From the NCBI GenBank assembly GCA_964016885.1, contig OZ024740.1, positions 232,686,001-232,750,000 of the forward strand: a DNA stretch of 64,000 bases, given 5' to 3'. The notes under the pieces were generated by a model, which made no database searches, was not told the DNA's origin, and worked only from the letters and a program-made list of their open reading frames with translations. This stretch comes from Eledone cirrhosa. Its lineage: Eukaryota. This document shows, piece by piece, positions 1 to 13,530 of the stretch; the stretch's first letter is position 1, and each line of letters opens with the position of its first letter. Made by a program: the position numbers and the translations under genes.

Positions 1-79
1 CACACACAATATAAAATCTATATATCTATATATATGCATATACATATTTACATATATGTGTGTATATATATAATATATA

Positions 80-134
<55 letters not shown>

Positions 135-549
135 TGGTGGCTGCCAACTCGTTTTCGAGTACGGCCACTACTTTATATCCATGTAGGAGAACCCCTACTG
201 ATGCGCTGAACGAGTGTGACTTTTTAGTCCAGCCAGCGACTTGAACACTCTGGTACAAACACTACACTTGTGTACAATTACTGACACATAGTGCTGGGCC
301 CATGGTACCATGTGACGACAAGTGCAGAGAGATCTCCAGATATAAAGCAATGCCTGTGCCGTGAAATTTTATAGTGAGCAAAGGCACTGCACAAAGCCAG
401 TCCCACTCGCTTAACCAAGATGATATTTACCAAAAAGAAGAACAAGTCAACATCATTGGATACATCAGAGTTGTAGGTGTTATATCAGAGTTTTTCCTTC
501 TCCTAGAATTCTGCCTTGACAAAGCTAAGCGGTGATCTCTCCGGATGAC
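135..549 (-). mobile_element. Bipartite non-autonomous RTE-LINE derivative (RTE 5'UTR fused to RTE 3' end; Ceph-SINE/Bov-A-like body)
   Basis: The minus strand starts with an RTE-5'UTR-like motif (CTAGGAGAAGGAAAAACTCTGAT). It ends with a C2H2 remnant HKCSVCTRVFKSLAGLKSHTRSAHQ* and the 3' end CTCGAAAACGAGTTGGCAGCCACCA. A near-identical copy lies at 21751-22102. Confidence 0.65.
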
Positions 550-564
550 ATATATATGAAAATT

Positions 565-667
565 TAAAGTAAGTGAGACTGTCACTACTATAAAACAATA
601 GCATAAGGTCTTCGAAATGCTTTTAATTAAGCATACAGTTGTATTGTCTAAATACACTATATATACA

Positions 668-670
<3 letters not shown>
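565..670. mobile_element. Single diverged arm of the fold-back MITE seen at 10208-10560
   Basis: GTCACTACTATAAAACAATAGCATAAGGTCTTCGAAATGCTTTTAATTAAGCATACAG resembles the right arm at 10465-10556. Confidence 0.5.
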
Positions 671-745
<75 letters not shown>

Positions 746-826
746 CATACACATATATATATAATACACACACATATATTTATATATATATACATATATA
801 TAATATATAATACATATACATATATA

Positions 827-878
<52 letters not shown>

Positions 879-926
879 ATATATACATATACATATATAC
901 ATATACATATATATATATACATATAC

Positions 927-957
<31 letters not shown>

Positions 958-978
958 CATATATATATACATACATAT

Positions 979-1043
<65 letters not shown>

Positions 1044-1220
1044 GCATATATATACATATAAATGCATATATATATACATATAAATGCATATATATACATA
1101 GAAATGCATATATATATACATATAAATGCATATTTATACATATAAATGCATATATATACATACAAATGCATATATATGCATATATATACATATATATATA
1201 TATATATACATATATATACA

Positions 1221-1270
<50 letters not shown>

Positions 1271-1546
1271 TATATACATATATATATACATATAAATGCA
1301 TATATATACATATGAATGCATATATATACATATAAATGCATATACATACATATAAATGCATATATATACATATAAAAGCATATATAATATAAAAGCATAT
1401 ATATACATATAAATGCATATATATACATATAAATGCATATATATACATATAAATGCATATATATACATATAAATGCATATAAATATATATAAATATATAT
1501 ATATATATAAATATATACATATACAAATAAATGCATATATATATAT

Positions 1547-1577
<31 letters not shown>

Positions 1578-1606
1578 AATATATACATATAAATGCATAT
1601 ATACAC

Positions 1607-1685
<79 letters not shown>

Positions 1686-2297
1686 TATAAATGCATATAT
1701 ATACATATATATACATATATATATATACATATATACATATAAATGCATATATATATATACATATATACATATATACATATACATGCATATATACATATAT
1801 ACATATAAATGCATATATACATATATACATATATATATGCATATATACATATATACATATTTATATATGCATATATATATTTACATATATACATATAAAT
1901 GCATATATATATATATATATACATATATACATACAAATGCATATATATATATATATATTTATACATATAAATGCATATATATATATATATTTATACATAT
2001 AAATGCATATATATTTATATTTATATATGTAAATGCATATATATATATTTATATATATATGCATATATATATTTATATATATATGCATATACATATATAT
2101 TTATATTTATATCCATATATATATATATGCATATATATATGCATATATATATGCATATATATATATTTATATATATATATGCATATATATATGCATATAT
2201 ATATATTTATATAAATATATGCATATACATATATTTATATATATATGCATATATATATATTTATATAAATATATGCATTTATATATATTTATATATA

Positions 2298-2367
<70 letters not shown>

Positions 2368-2532
2368 TATATATATATATGTATGTATGTGCATATATAT
2401 ATTTACATATATATATACATATATATATATATTTATTTAATATATATATATATATGTATATAATATATATATGTATATACATATATACATATATATATGT
2501 ATATACATATATACATATATATATATATATAC

Positions 2533-2605
<73 letters not shown>

Positions 2606-2610
2606 TATAC

Positions 2611-2652
<42 letters not shown>
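660..2652. repeat. Compound (AT)n microsatellite containing a ~20-bp higher-order unit (ATATATATACATATAAATGC), ending in (GT)n
   Basis: Direct reading; AAATGC recurs about every 20 nt between ~1040 and ~2040. Confidence 0.95.
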
Positions 2653-2655
<3 letters not shown>

Positions 2656-2817
2656 ACTTGTCCCGTATTTGTCTCTACCTAATCTGTTAAATCCCAATGT
2701 GCACTGGAATGAATGGTATCAATATTAATGTTACGAAATGGTATTATTTTTCAGTTGTTGACTGTGGAAACGAGTCCATTTTCCAGTTGATTTGTTGTCC
2801 TGTGCGCAATACTATTG

Positions 2818-2886
<69 letters not shown>

Positions 2887-2899
2887 ATAGGTATATAGC

Positions 2900-3180
2900 C
2901 GGACTGTAACTGAACTTCCACCCATGATATTTTTTCGGTTCACTGGATTTTCTCACTGCTTGTTGCTTTTCACCAATACACTACTACCATTTTTCCTGCA
3001 CTGTTCGCTTATGACACCTCTATTTGTCTATCACATTTTTAATTCTGCGTTCTATTTTCTGATGAAGATCTAGCGACTGAAACGTTATGATTATTTTCCA
3101 AATTTCTCAAGCTTAAAACTTATATAATTCTTCATTGTATTTTCTCCTTTGCTTTGCTTTTATCTGTTTGTCGCACTCAC
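2900..3180 (+). mobile_element. PLE-like pseudo-LTR fragment (family C) with a degenerate minimal hammerhead
   Basis: CTGATGA-AGATCTAGCGACT-GAAACGTTA at 3059-3087 in pyrimidine-rich context; similar layout at 10590-10830 and 29285-29520. Confidence 0.5.
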
Positions 3181-3718
3181 ACACGGACACACACGCACAC
3201 GCGCACACACACATACGGACACGTACACACACACACGCACACACACACACATAAATATATATATACAAATATAAATATATTTTATCACTTTCATGGTGGT
3301 GTACTCCGTAATGAATATATATAAATGTATATGTACAAATAGATGTGGATGTTATTTTGATTAGAATGCAGAAAGGATATCACAAACTTGTTTTGAATAT
3401 ATAGACACTCATATCATAATAAAGCAAGTTATACAAACGATTAAACATTAGGATGAAATTTATGTTACAAAACAATTCATGTTTTTGTAAATTTCACATT
3501 TAAAAAATTAGGCAATATGTATGTGTGTATGTAGGTATTTACGTATGTGTGTATGTATGCATATCAGCATATATGTATATACATAAATATGCAGATATGC
3601 ATACATATATATATACATACACACACACTAATACATACATATATATAAATATATATATATATACATACATATATAAATATATATATACATATATATATAT
3701 ATACACATATATATATAT

Positions 3719-3750
<32 letters not shown>

Positions 3751-3789
3751 ATGTATATATATTTATATATATATATATATTTATATATG

Positions 3790-4070
3790 TAGGAGGTGAG
3801 TTTTATTGTAGTACAATAAAGCAATGCAGATATCGGATAAGAAGCACTCTACAGTTTGTGGGACTGGAGTATGCATAATATAAGATCAAAAGATGGTTAA
3901 GGGAGTTCCATATATTTTATTATGCGCATTTCAAAAACAAACATCATCAAACAATAATATTTGTGTTTTCATCAGAAAACACAAATAATATTGTTTGATG
4001 ATGTTTGTTTTTGAAATGCGCATAATAAAATATATGGAACTCCTTTAACCATCTTTTGATCTTATATTAT
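3790..4070 (-). mobile_element. Palindromic PLE-type element (family H), ~95-bp inverted arms plus tail, in (TA)n
   Basis: Arms ~3876-3970 and ~3975-4070 are near-perfect reverse complements; the minus-strand tail contains ACTC...CTGTAGAGTGCT. Confidence 0.75.
3916..3975 (-). ncRNA. Hammerhead ribozyme motif (5' strand of stem I lost at the inversion point)
   Basis: CTGATGA, 16-bp imperfect stem II, GAAA, palindromic stem III ATGCGCAT, AUA site, then ATAAAA. Confidence 0.6.
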
Positions 4071-4156
4071 ATATTTATATATATATATACATAAATATAT
4101 ATATATATAAATATATATATACATATATATGTGTATATATATACATATATATATGT

Positions 4157-4342
4157 AGGAAAATGTATGACCTTGACGGCAGAGCTCAAGCCGTTTCGAC
4201 GGCTATTTCCAGAAATAGCCGTCGAAACGGCTTGAGCTCTGCCGTCGGGGTCATACATTATCCTATTACCCACTCTACTACCCTAAGTATTGAATACTCT
4301 GCTGCGTTATGGTCCATATGGTTCCTTACCACAACTCCGTCG

Positions 4343-4345
<3 letters not shown>
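4157..4345 (+). mobile_element. Palindromic PLE-type element, family A
   Basis: GACGGCAGAGCTCAAGCCGTTTCGACGGCTATTTC followed by its reverse complement, then the ~80-bp tail TACCCACTCTACTACCC..GTATTGAATACT..TCGTTA; flanked by (TA)n. Confidence 0.85.
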
Positions 4346-4375
<30 letters not shown>

Positions 4376-4378
<3 letters not shown>

Positions 4379-4577
4379 TCAATATAGATGAGATTCTACA
4401 GGACTAGAACTGTTGCATTCTTTAGAAATCATCAGGAATCTCTTTCAGGGATTCCTGATGATTTGTAAAGAATGAAACAGTTCTAGTCCTGTAGAATCGC
4501 ATCTATATTAAAACTTTTATACACTGCAATGTATTGAGTACCTTACTTAGGTTACCTCCGACTCAACCCGGAATAAC

Positions 4578-4580
<3 letters not shown>
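4376..4580 (+). mobile_element. Palindromic PLE-type element, family B
   Basis: ~65-bp inverted arms around 4441-4449, then the tail GTATTGAGTACCTTAC..GGTTACCTCCGACTCAACCCGGAATAAC; other copies at 15150 and 25286. Confidence 0.8.
4450..4498 (+). ncRNA. Type I hammerhead ribozyme motif
   Basis: Stem I GATTC/GAATC, CTGATGA, short stem II, GAAA, stem III ACAG/CTGT, GUA cleavage triplet at 4491-4493. Confidence 0.7.
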
Positions 4581-4647
<67 letters not shown>

Positions 4648-4653
<6 letters not shown>

Positions 4654-4990
4654 GTGAGGTTTATTTTTACAAAATGAAAAATAACCGAAGTGTGCTACAC
4701 GAGTGAAGGTATAAAGAAAATATATGAAATCGAAAATGCAACTGGAGTCTTATTTAAAAAAATATATATATATTTGTTTGGTTCCTTTACCGGTTTCGTA
4801 GTTCTTCTGCTTTTCAAAAGTAGAGTTGAGATGGAGGGTCTGTGGTTTTTCTCACAGACCCTCAATCTCAACTCTACTTTTGAAAAGCACAAGAACTGCG
4901 AAACCGGTAAAGGAACCAAACAAATATATATATTTAAAAAAAAATAAGACTCCAGTTGCATTTTCGATTTCATATTTTGTTCTTTATATA
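4648..4990 (-). mobile_element. Palindromic PLE-type element, family F (~135-bp arms)
   Basis: Arms ~4710-4844 and ~4853-4988 are reverse complements and carry the HHR 3' half GAAACCGGTA; a non-palindromic copy lies at 11455-11664. Confidence 0.75.
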
Positions 4991-5697
4991 TACAAATTTT
5001 AGTACAGCACTAACGAAGCCTTAGTTTGCGGCCAAGCTAACGAATGCAAATTCGGTATGGAGCTTTAGCACTCGAATGGGAATAGTACCCCAGAGTAATA
5101 ACAATACGTTTAGACAGATTATCAAATCAAATATAATCCTCGGCAGTCCAGCTGGATTACCACAGCAACGAAAATACAGGACTCGGGAAAAGATTTTAGA
5201 CTCACCTGGACAGAACGCTGGGACGGAATGCACCATATAATGCATATCGTATAGCACATGATATACATCACATACAGCACACAACATCAGCGTTAGGTTT
5301 CTGCAAATCCAAGATCGACAAATTCCGCTCGCAGGGTTCTGCAAGTTAATGATTTTTGACGACAGAACAAAGGATTTACTTCTTCAGCAAGTCTTCTGTT
5401 CTTTAGCCTCTGCGGGTATGTTCTAGCAATACATTTCGCTATAGACACGTGGCTTTATCCAAGGGAGGTAAACCCCGCTTTGGCGGTGAATTCAAATTTA
5501 AGACAAAGGAATGAAATTCCTTTAGACAAACGGAATTAAGCACTCAACCAGAAGTTATCAAACAAACATAAACAATTAATCAATCAATAGAATCATCTAA
5601 TTAAATTAATCAGTTAATCGTTAATTCTAGGAGTTAAAATACAAATTTTATTACAGAATTAACGAAGCTTTAGTTTGCAGCCAAGTTAACGAATGCA
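4991..5697 (-). mobile_element. Family G element: ~649-bp unit with ~58-bp terminal direct repeat (retrozyme- or tandem-pLTR-like)
   Basis: TACAAATTTTAGTACAGCACTAACGAAGCCTTAGTTTGCGGCCAAGCTAACGAATGCA (4991-5048) recurs at 5640-5697; partial copies at 31105-31313 and 40073-40120. Confidence 0.65.
5198..5394 (-). ncRNA. Hammerhead-like motif with greatly extended stems II and III (cleavage site apparently degenerate)
   Basis: On the minus strand: AGACTTG, CTGAAGA, GTAAATCC..GGATTTGC, GAAA, ACCT-AACGCTG..CAGCGTT..AGGT, GAGTCT. Confidence 0.5.
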
Positions 5698-5867
5698 TCT
5701 TCTATATATATATATATGTATATATATATATGTATATATATGTATATATATATATGTATATATGTATATATATATATTAAAATAGAAGATTAAACTTAAT
5801 CAAAGAATAGCTGCTTTCACCCTTAACGCATATTCTGAAACTAAAAAATATTATTATTATTATTACT

Positions 5868-6948
<1,081 letters not shown>

Positions 6949-6964
6949 TGTGTGTGTGTGTGTA

Positions 6965-6996
<32 letters not shown>

Positions 6997-7441
6997 CATA
7001 CATACATATATATATATAGAAACAGAAAGACCGGTACATGTGAGAACTGTGCTGAAATCCAATTGAAAACCGAATAGGCTCTGCATGCAACAGATCAGAA
7101 AACACAATTGATACCTCTCTGAAACCCGTTCTTAACATGGTAATTTCAACTCAATGTCAGGGAAGATGATGTCTTATGCTAGATTTATATTAAATTAAAT
7201 ACTAGAGCAGCACTTTTATTTCCAACCCCAAATTCTACGTTTTACTTATTCGGTGTTTGTTACAAATATTAAAGGACTATGTTCAAGATATTATCGTCTT
7301 TTTAACGAATCTCTTTTTAATATTCAACAATATTTATGCGTATAAATGTATATATTGCGCTGATATATGAGATAGAACTGTCGCCTTAGTCTATGTATAT
7401 ACATATATTTATAAATATATTTATAAATATATTTATACATA

Positions 7442-7499
<58 letters not shown>

Positions 7500-7509
7500 A
7501 ATATATATA

Positions 7510-7924
7510 TATATTGTTATACTTGGGAAGGGTCATATTTGTGTAATAATATAGCCAGAATTAATAACAGAACACACTCACTGAAATAAAGATGGCGTAG
7601 GCATACAACACAACGGGGGGGGGGGGTACAAGACAGCACCACTGACGATGTTGCAGATGTGCAACGAAAGCAATTTGGTAGACTATATATATGTGTTTGT
7701 GTCTATATTGTACCTGTATTTTTGACGGTTGGTCAGTCAATGGTAACATTCAGGACCGAATAAATTAAATTAACCGACATAAAAGACACAAGCGAAAACG
7801 AACCAAACAGGGAGTATGTTCTGTTATTAATTCTGGCAATATTATTAGACAAATATGACCCTCCCCAAGTATAACAATATTTGTTTCGACACACGATTTC
7901 ATATCAAAAACGTCGCAAAAGTAA

Positions 7925-7928
<4 letters not shown>
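7510..7928 (+). mobile_element. PLE-type element, family I, with inverted terminal arms and tail
   Basis: 7511-7582 is the reverse complement of ~7808-7880, followed by the tail TTCGACACACGATTTCATAT..TCGCAAAA; copies or fragments at 11775, 19825, 28970, 41628, 43405 and 45520. Confidence 0.8.
7638..7679 (+). ncRNA. Minimal hammerhead ribozyme motif
   Basis: ACCA, CTGACGA, T-GTTGCA-GATG-TGCAAC, GAAA, GCAATT, TGGT; the same core occurs on the minus strand at ~41847-41878. Confidence 0.6.
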
Positions 7929-7996
<68 letters not shown>

Positions 7997-8134
7997 TATA
8001 TATATATATATGCATATATATATATATAAATATATGTATCTATATATATATATATATATACGTCAAAATATATGTATCTATATATATATATATATAATTA
8101 AAAATATATGTATCTATATATATATATATGAATA

Positions 8135-8204
<70 letters not shown>

Positions 8205-8214
8205 CATATATTAT

Positions 8215-8732
8215 AAAAAACCTGGGACGAGCTGATAAACTCCGACATCACACACTTACACCTCTCCAAGACAATGTCACTGGACCGAGACCTTTGGCGG
8301 TACTCAGTAACAGAGAAGACCCGCCTTACCTAAATATATAGTAAAACCTACTCCAGCCAGTAGGCATCTCTAACAAAATACACCCCGTCCCACCACCCCC
8401 ACCCCATCCACACCACCCCGTTCTATGTAAAGTTATGTTGGTGCCGCGCCATCGAGGCCGAAACAAATGAGATCGTGTAGGTGTCACGACAAAAAAACAC
8501 ACAGTCCACGCTGTAATGTGGCCGTGTAGGCAACACGGTAAAAACCTCCCAGACCCACACTGTAAATGTGGTTGGTGTTAGGAAGGGCATCCAACTGTAG
8601 AAAACCTGCCAGACAGTCCTATGCGAGCAAGACAATCACTCTTGCCTCAAGTGGGACTACCCCCGTCCAAACCCATGCAAGCGTGGAACACGGACGTTAA
8701 ACGTTGATGATGATGATGATGATGATGATGAT
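8215..8732 (+). mobile_element. 5'-truncated RTE LINE 3' end with (GAT)n tail
   Basis: Matches 55195-55700 (ORF end plus 3'UTR GGTTGGTGTTAGGAAGGGCATCC..GGACGTTAAACG-(ATG)n). Confidence 0.85.
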
Positions 8733-8836
8733 ATCTATATACATATACATATGTATATATATACATATATATATATATATGTATATATATACATATATAC
8801 ATATATATATATACATATGTATATATATACATATAC

Positions 8837-8867
<31 letters not shown>

Positions 8868-8882
8868 TACATATATATATAC

Positions 8883-8926
<44 letters not shown>

Positions 8927-8959
8927 GTATATACACAATACATTTATATATATACACAA

Positions 8960-9009
<50 letters not shown>

Positions 9010-9116
9010 CACATATATATATACATATACATATATATATACATATATATATTAAATATATATATATATATTATATATATAATATATCTATAATATATAT
9101 ATGTATATTTATATAA

Positions 9117-9150
<34 letters not shown>

Positions 9151-9166
9151 GTATACACACACACAC

Positions 9167-9258
<92 letters not shown>

Positions 9259-9259
<1 letters not shown>

Positions 9260-9413
9260 GGGAAATGGTCAAGACTCCTACGAGAGAGCTCAAGCCGTTA
9301 CGACGGCTATTTCTGGACTTATCTAGAATTTTTAGCGTGATAATAAATAGCCCATTATTACCGCGCTACAAATGCTAATTTAGTCCAGAAATAGTCGCCG
9401 AAACGGATTGAGT
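9259..9413. mobile_element. Family A palindromic element with long internal imperfect hairpin
   Basis: GAGCTCAAGCCGTTACGACGGCTATTTCTGGACT..AGTCCAGAAATAGTCGCCGAAACGG. Confidence 0.7.
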
Positions 9414-9418
9414 ATATG

Positions 9419-9813
<395 letters not shown>

Positions 9814-10207
9814 TGTATATATATATATTTTTTTTTTTAATGCAATGAAATATCTATGATCGTTGGCAAATCACTGATGAGGGACTCATTTTATAACATG
9901 TTATCCATGTGCAACCTGCAGTATTCTTCTCCCCATTTTTTCATATATATATATATATATATATGCATGCAAAAAGTAAATAGAGGTAACAAACCACACG
10001 TCGCTGTACCACGAAATGATATATAACGATTATAATAACCTTCCAATTAAGTTTTCCTTAATATACCTATATACATATATTTACACACATTTTCACACAC
10101 ACACAGTCACCTCCATATATATGTGTGCATATATATTATATTATGTATATATATATATATATATTATATTATATCATGTACATTAGGATTGGTGCTCTGA
10201 ATAGCTA

Positions 10208-10557
10208 TGTATACATGAAAGTATGTATAGTATATTGGCAATATACCGTATGTTTAATTAAAATCATTTAGAAGACCTTACGCTATCGCTTTTAAAGTAG
10301 TGGCTATGTCACACCCTTCTTTTCGGCCAAAGAAGGCAGAGTAGCTGACAGTCTGTTTCGCGCTGGTTGGCGATCAGCAGAGCCACGCACCCCCTGCTTC
10401 CGCCGAACCCGCGTAAAACAGACTGTTAGATTCTCTCCTTTCTTTCGCCGAAAGGAAGTGACATAGTCACTTATTTAAAACCGATAGCGTAGGGTTTTCT
10501 AAACGTTTTAAATTAAACATACAGTATATTGCCAAATATACTATACATACATTCATG

Positions 10558-10560
<3 letters not shown>
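10208..10560. mobile_element. Fold-back MITE with near full-length imperfect inverted repeats
   Basis: ATGAAAGTATGTATAGTATATTGGCAATATAC..GCTATGTCAC pairs with GTGACATAGTC..GTATATTGCCAAATATACTATACATACATTCAT; the inner ACAGTCTGTTT/AAACAGACTGT also pairs. Confidence 0.7.
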
Positions 10561-10589
<29 letters not shown>

Positions 10590-10591
<2 letters not shown>

Positions 10592-10830
10592 AAAGGTAAA
10601 GAGATAACAACACAATCGGTAGAGTATATGGAAGGGATATATTAGGTTAACGCTTGATATGGCAGGAAGAGGGTCTTAACGTTTCGGACGCTGGACCTTC
10701 ATCATAAGAAAGAATGAGAAATGAGATAGATTGAGGGGACGGGCGGTATGGAATTGGAAATTTGCATATGGACTGAGTTAGTCGGCCGGGTGTACCGAAA
10801 ACGATAAGTTGAAAAAAATGAAATTTCATT
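10590..10830 (-). mobile_element. Family C PLE pseudo-LTR fragment with degenerate HHR
   Basis: On the minus strand: TCTT-ATGATGA-AGGTCCAGCGTCC-GAAACGTT-AAGA. Confidence 0.5.
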
Positions 10831-11013
10831 TCTAACTCATAGTATGGCTGATACGTAAATATAAGTATGTATACGTACATACATATATGTATACAGACGT
10901 ACAGTAGTATGTATATACATACATACATGACCACACATATATATGTACGTATGCGTTTACCGAGCATCCAATTATTAGCGGTACAGTGTTCGGATATACG
11001 TATATATATATAA

Positions 11014-11122
<109 letters not shown>

Positions 11123-11180
11123 CAGGTATATATATATACAGGTATATATATATATATATATATATATACAGGTATATATT

Positions 11181-11286
<106 letters not shown>

Positions 11287-11454
11287 CAGGTATATATATA
11301 TATACAGATATATATATATATATATATATACAGGTATATATTTATATATAGATATATATATATATATATATATACAGGTATATATTTATATATGGATATA
11401 TATATGTATATATATATTTATATATAGATATATATATGTATATATATATATATT

Positions 11455-11664
11455 TGAGAAAAACAACAGAACCTCCATCTCAACTCACCTTTTGAAAAGC
11501 AGAAGAACTGCGAAACCCGTAAAGGAACCAAATAAATATATATATTTTTTTTTAAAATAAGACTCCAGTTGCATTTTCGATTTCATCTCTTTTTCTTTAT
11601 ACTTTCACTCGTGTAGGACACCTCGGTTATTTTTCATTTTGTAAAAAAAAACCCTCACTTTCTA
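11455..11664 (+). mobile_element. Family F element (single arm plus tail)
   Basis: Reverse complement of 4648-4855 with few differences. Confidence 0.75.
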
Positions 11665-11685
11665 ATATATATATTTATATATAGA

Positions 11686-11774
<89 letters not shown>

Positions 11775-11776
<2 letters not shown>

Positions 11777-12007
11777 TGCAGATGTGAAACGAAAAAACCT
11801 TTTTAGACTATATATATGTGTTTATATCTATATTATATCCGTATTTTTGACCGTTGGTCAGTGAATGGTAAACATTGAGGACCGAATGAATTAACTGTGG
11901 AGATATAAAGGATACACAAGCGAAAACCAATCAAACAGTGAGTGCGTTCTGTCATTATTTCTGGCAATATTATTACAACAATATGACCCTCCCCAAGTAT
12001 AGCAATA
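11775..12007 (+). mobile_element. Family I element, 5'-truncated
   Basis: Aligns with 7650-7880. Confidence 0.7.
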
Positions 12008-12057
12008 TATATATATATATATCATTATTATTATTTTTATTATTATTGTTATTATTA

Positions 12058-12541
12058 CTCTTTGAGTCTCAGTCATTGATGTTAGTTAACTGGAAAGTTT
12101 GTTGAAATGAATATCAAGCCACTACCTGCAGCCTCTGATATTGAGGACGTATCGGAGGGTTCTTGCTGTTCCCAGTAAGCATGCCTTTTGAAGCGCTCCA
12201 AAAAGCGTGAAGGTGCCAATTTTCTTTAACCATCCCTGGAAACTTTTTGAGATAGTACCTAGTGCGCCTATGACAATCGGGACCACTTTGACTTCATGGC
12301 AGTTCCAAATCCTTTTTACCCCCCACTTTAAGTCCTGGTATCGGTTAATTTTCTCCCTCTCCTTCTCTTGCACTCTCGTGTCGAATGGGCAGGCCACACA
12401 CACAATCAGGCACGATCTTTTTTCTTTGTCCACAACCACCAGGTCAGGTCTATTGTGTTCCAGTTTCTTGTCAGTCTGTATCCTAAAATCCCACAGCACC
12501 TTCGCCTGATCGTTTTCTATCACCGACTCTGGCTTATGCTC
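12058..12541 (-). mobile_element. R4/Dong-clade non-LTR retrotransposon 3' fragment (restriction-like endonuclease domain) inserted in (TAA)n
   Basis: ORF 12122-12523 reads KVLWDFRIQTDKKLEHNRPDLVVVD..VACPFD..KINRYQDL..VVPIVIGALG..LQKACLLGTARTLR, the typical RLE C-terminus; (TTA)n on both sides. Confidence 0.9.
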
Positions 12542-12542
12542 A

Positions 12543-12608
<66 letters not shown>

Positions 12609-12612
<4 letters not shown>

Positions 12613-13075
12613 AAATAACAGGAGGCTGGACTGGTGTAATTCCTTGAACGGTTTATTTATACTATGATCATTATAATGACCGGTTTCAGTATGAATCCGG
12701 TTACATCATCAGGTATTCAAAATATAGGGGCGGCCGACTGAGGTAGAAGCTGCTAAATAGTCGGTCGTCTTCTTGTCTCTGATTTTCAGCCCCATGGATT
12801 TTATCTGTTATATTCCTTTTTTATATTTTGAATACCTGATGATGTCACCGCATTCATACTGAACCCGGTCATTGAAATGATCATAGTATAATAAACCTTT
12901 CAAGGATTTACACCAGTCCAGACTCCTGTTATTTTATAATAATTAACTCCGTACTCGCACCACCAACTACATAAACGAAGACGGGTGAGTTGCATTACGT
13001 TGAGTGCTCTCCATAATATTACATCGAGATTGACCATACGGAATGACCAGTTCTATCCAGTGAACCAACAAACCT
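12609..13075 (+). mobile_element. Palindromic PLE-type element, family D (~115-bp arms, ~95-bp spacer, tail)
   Basis: 12609-12726 is the reverse complement of ~12822-12940; tail ACTC..GTTGAGTGCT; a second copy lies at 40875-41086. Confidence 0.8.
12678..12712 (-). ncRNA. Minimal hammerhead core with palindromic stem III
   Basis: CTGATGA, TGTA..TACT, GAAA, CCGG, TC (GUC site); stem I pairing is weak. Confidence 0.5.
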
Positions 13076-13104
13076 AAATAAATATATATCTATATACAAT
13101 ATAT

Positions 13105-13288
13105 TAATTGTTTCTACTTTAGGCACAACGCCAGCAATTACCCAGTTCATTACTGGTACTTTATTTTATCGACCCCGTAAGGATGAAAGGCAAAGTCAAC
13201 CTCGGCGGGATTTGAACTCAGATCGTAAAGGGACGTAACTATGCTGGAAAGCATGGCGTCCGACCCTCTACCGATACTGCCAATCCAC
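13105..13288 (-). mobile_element. tRNA-derived SINE family 1 (Meta/MESC-like core)
   Basis: B-box-like GAGTTCAAATCC and core GAGGTTGACTTTGCCTTTCATCCTTACGGGGTCGATAAAATAAAGTACCAG; more than 15 copies in the window. Confidence 0.8.
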
Positions 13289-13320
13289 AAAAGGAAACTA
13301 TATTTATAAAACCATAATTA

Positions 13321-13381
13321 TTTTATTATATATATTTCAAGGGCGACCAAGCCAATCTTGGTGCGCTTTCATCAGATAAAA
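13321..13381 (-). ncRNA. Type I hammerhead ribozyme motif (intact core)
   Basis: TTTTAT, CTGATGA, AAGCGCACCAAG..CTTGGTCGCCCTT, GAAA, TATATA, TA, ATAAAA. Confidence 0.7.
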
Positions 13382-13471
13382 AACGAGATTTATTTTAGAA
13401 ATATTCACATAACCATGGAAAACAACCTTGACGGTTAGAAATTCGCTGGAATTTCGCTGGAAAGATTTTAA

Positions 13472-13530
13472 TTTATCTGATGAAAGCGCACCAAGATGGG
13501 CTTGGTGGCCCTTGAAATATAGATAATAAA
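13472..13530 (+). ncRNA. Type I hammerhead ribozyme motif (sense arm)
   Basis: TTTAT, CTGATGA, AAGCGCACCAAG-ATGGG-CTTGGTGGCCCTT, GAAA, TATAGA, TA, ATAAA. Confidence 0.65.

Noticed and set aside
9866-9925. CTGATGAG possible hammerhead
   Set aside because: No downstream GAAA half or closing stems.
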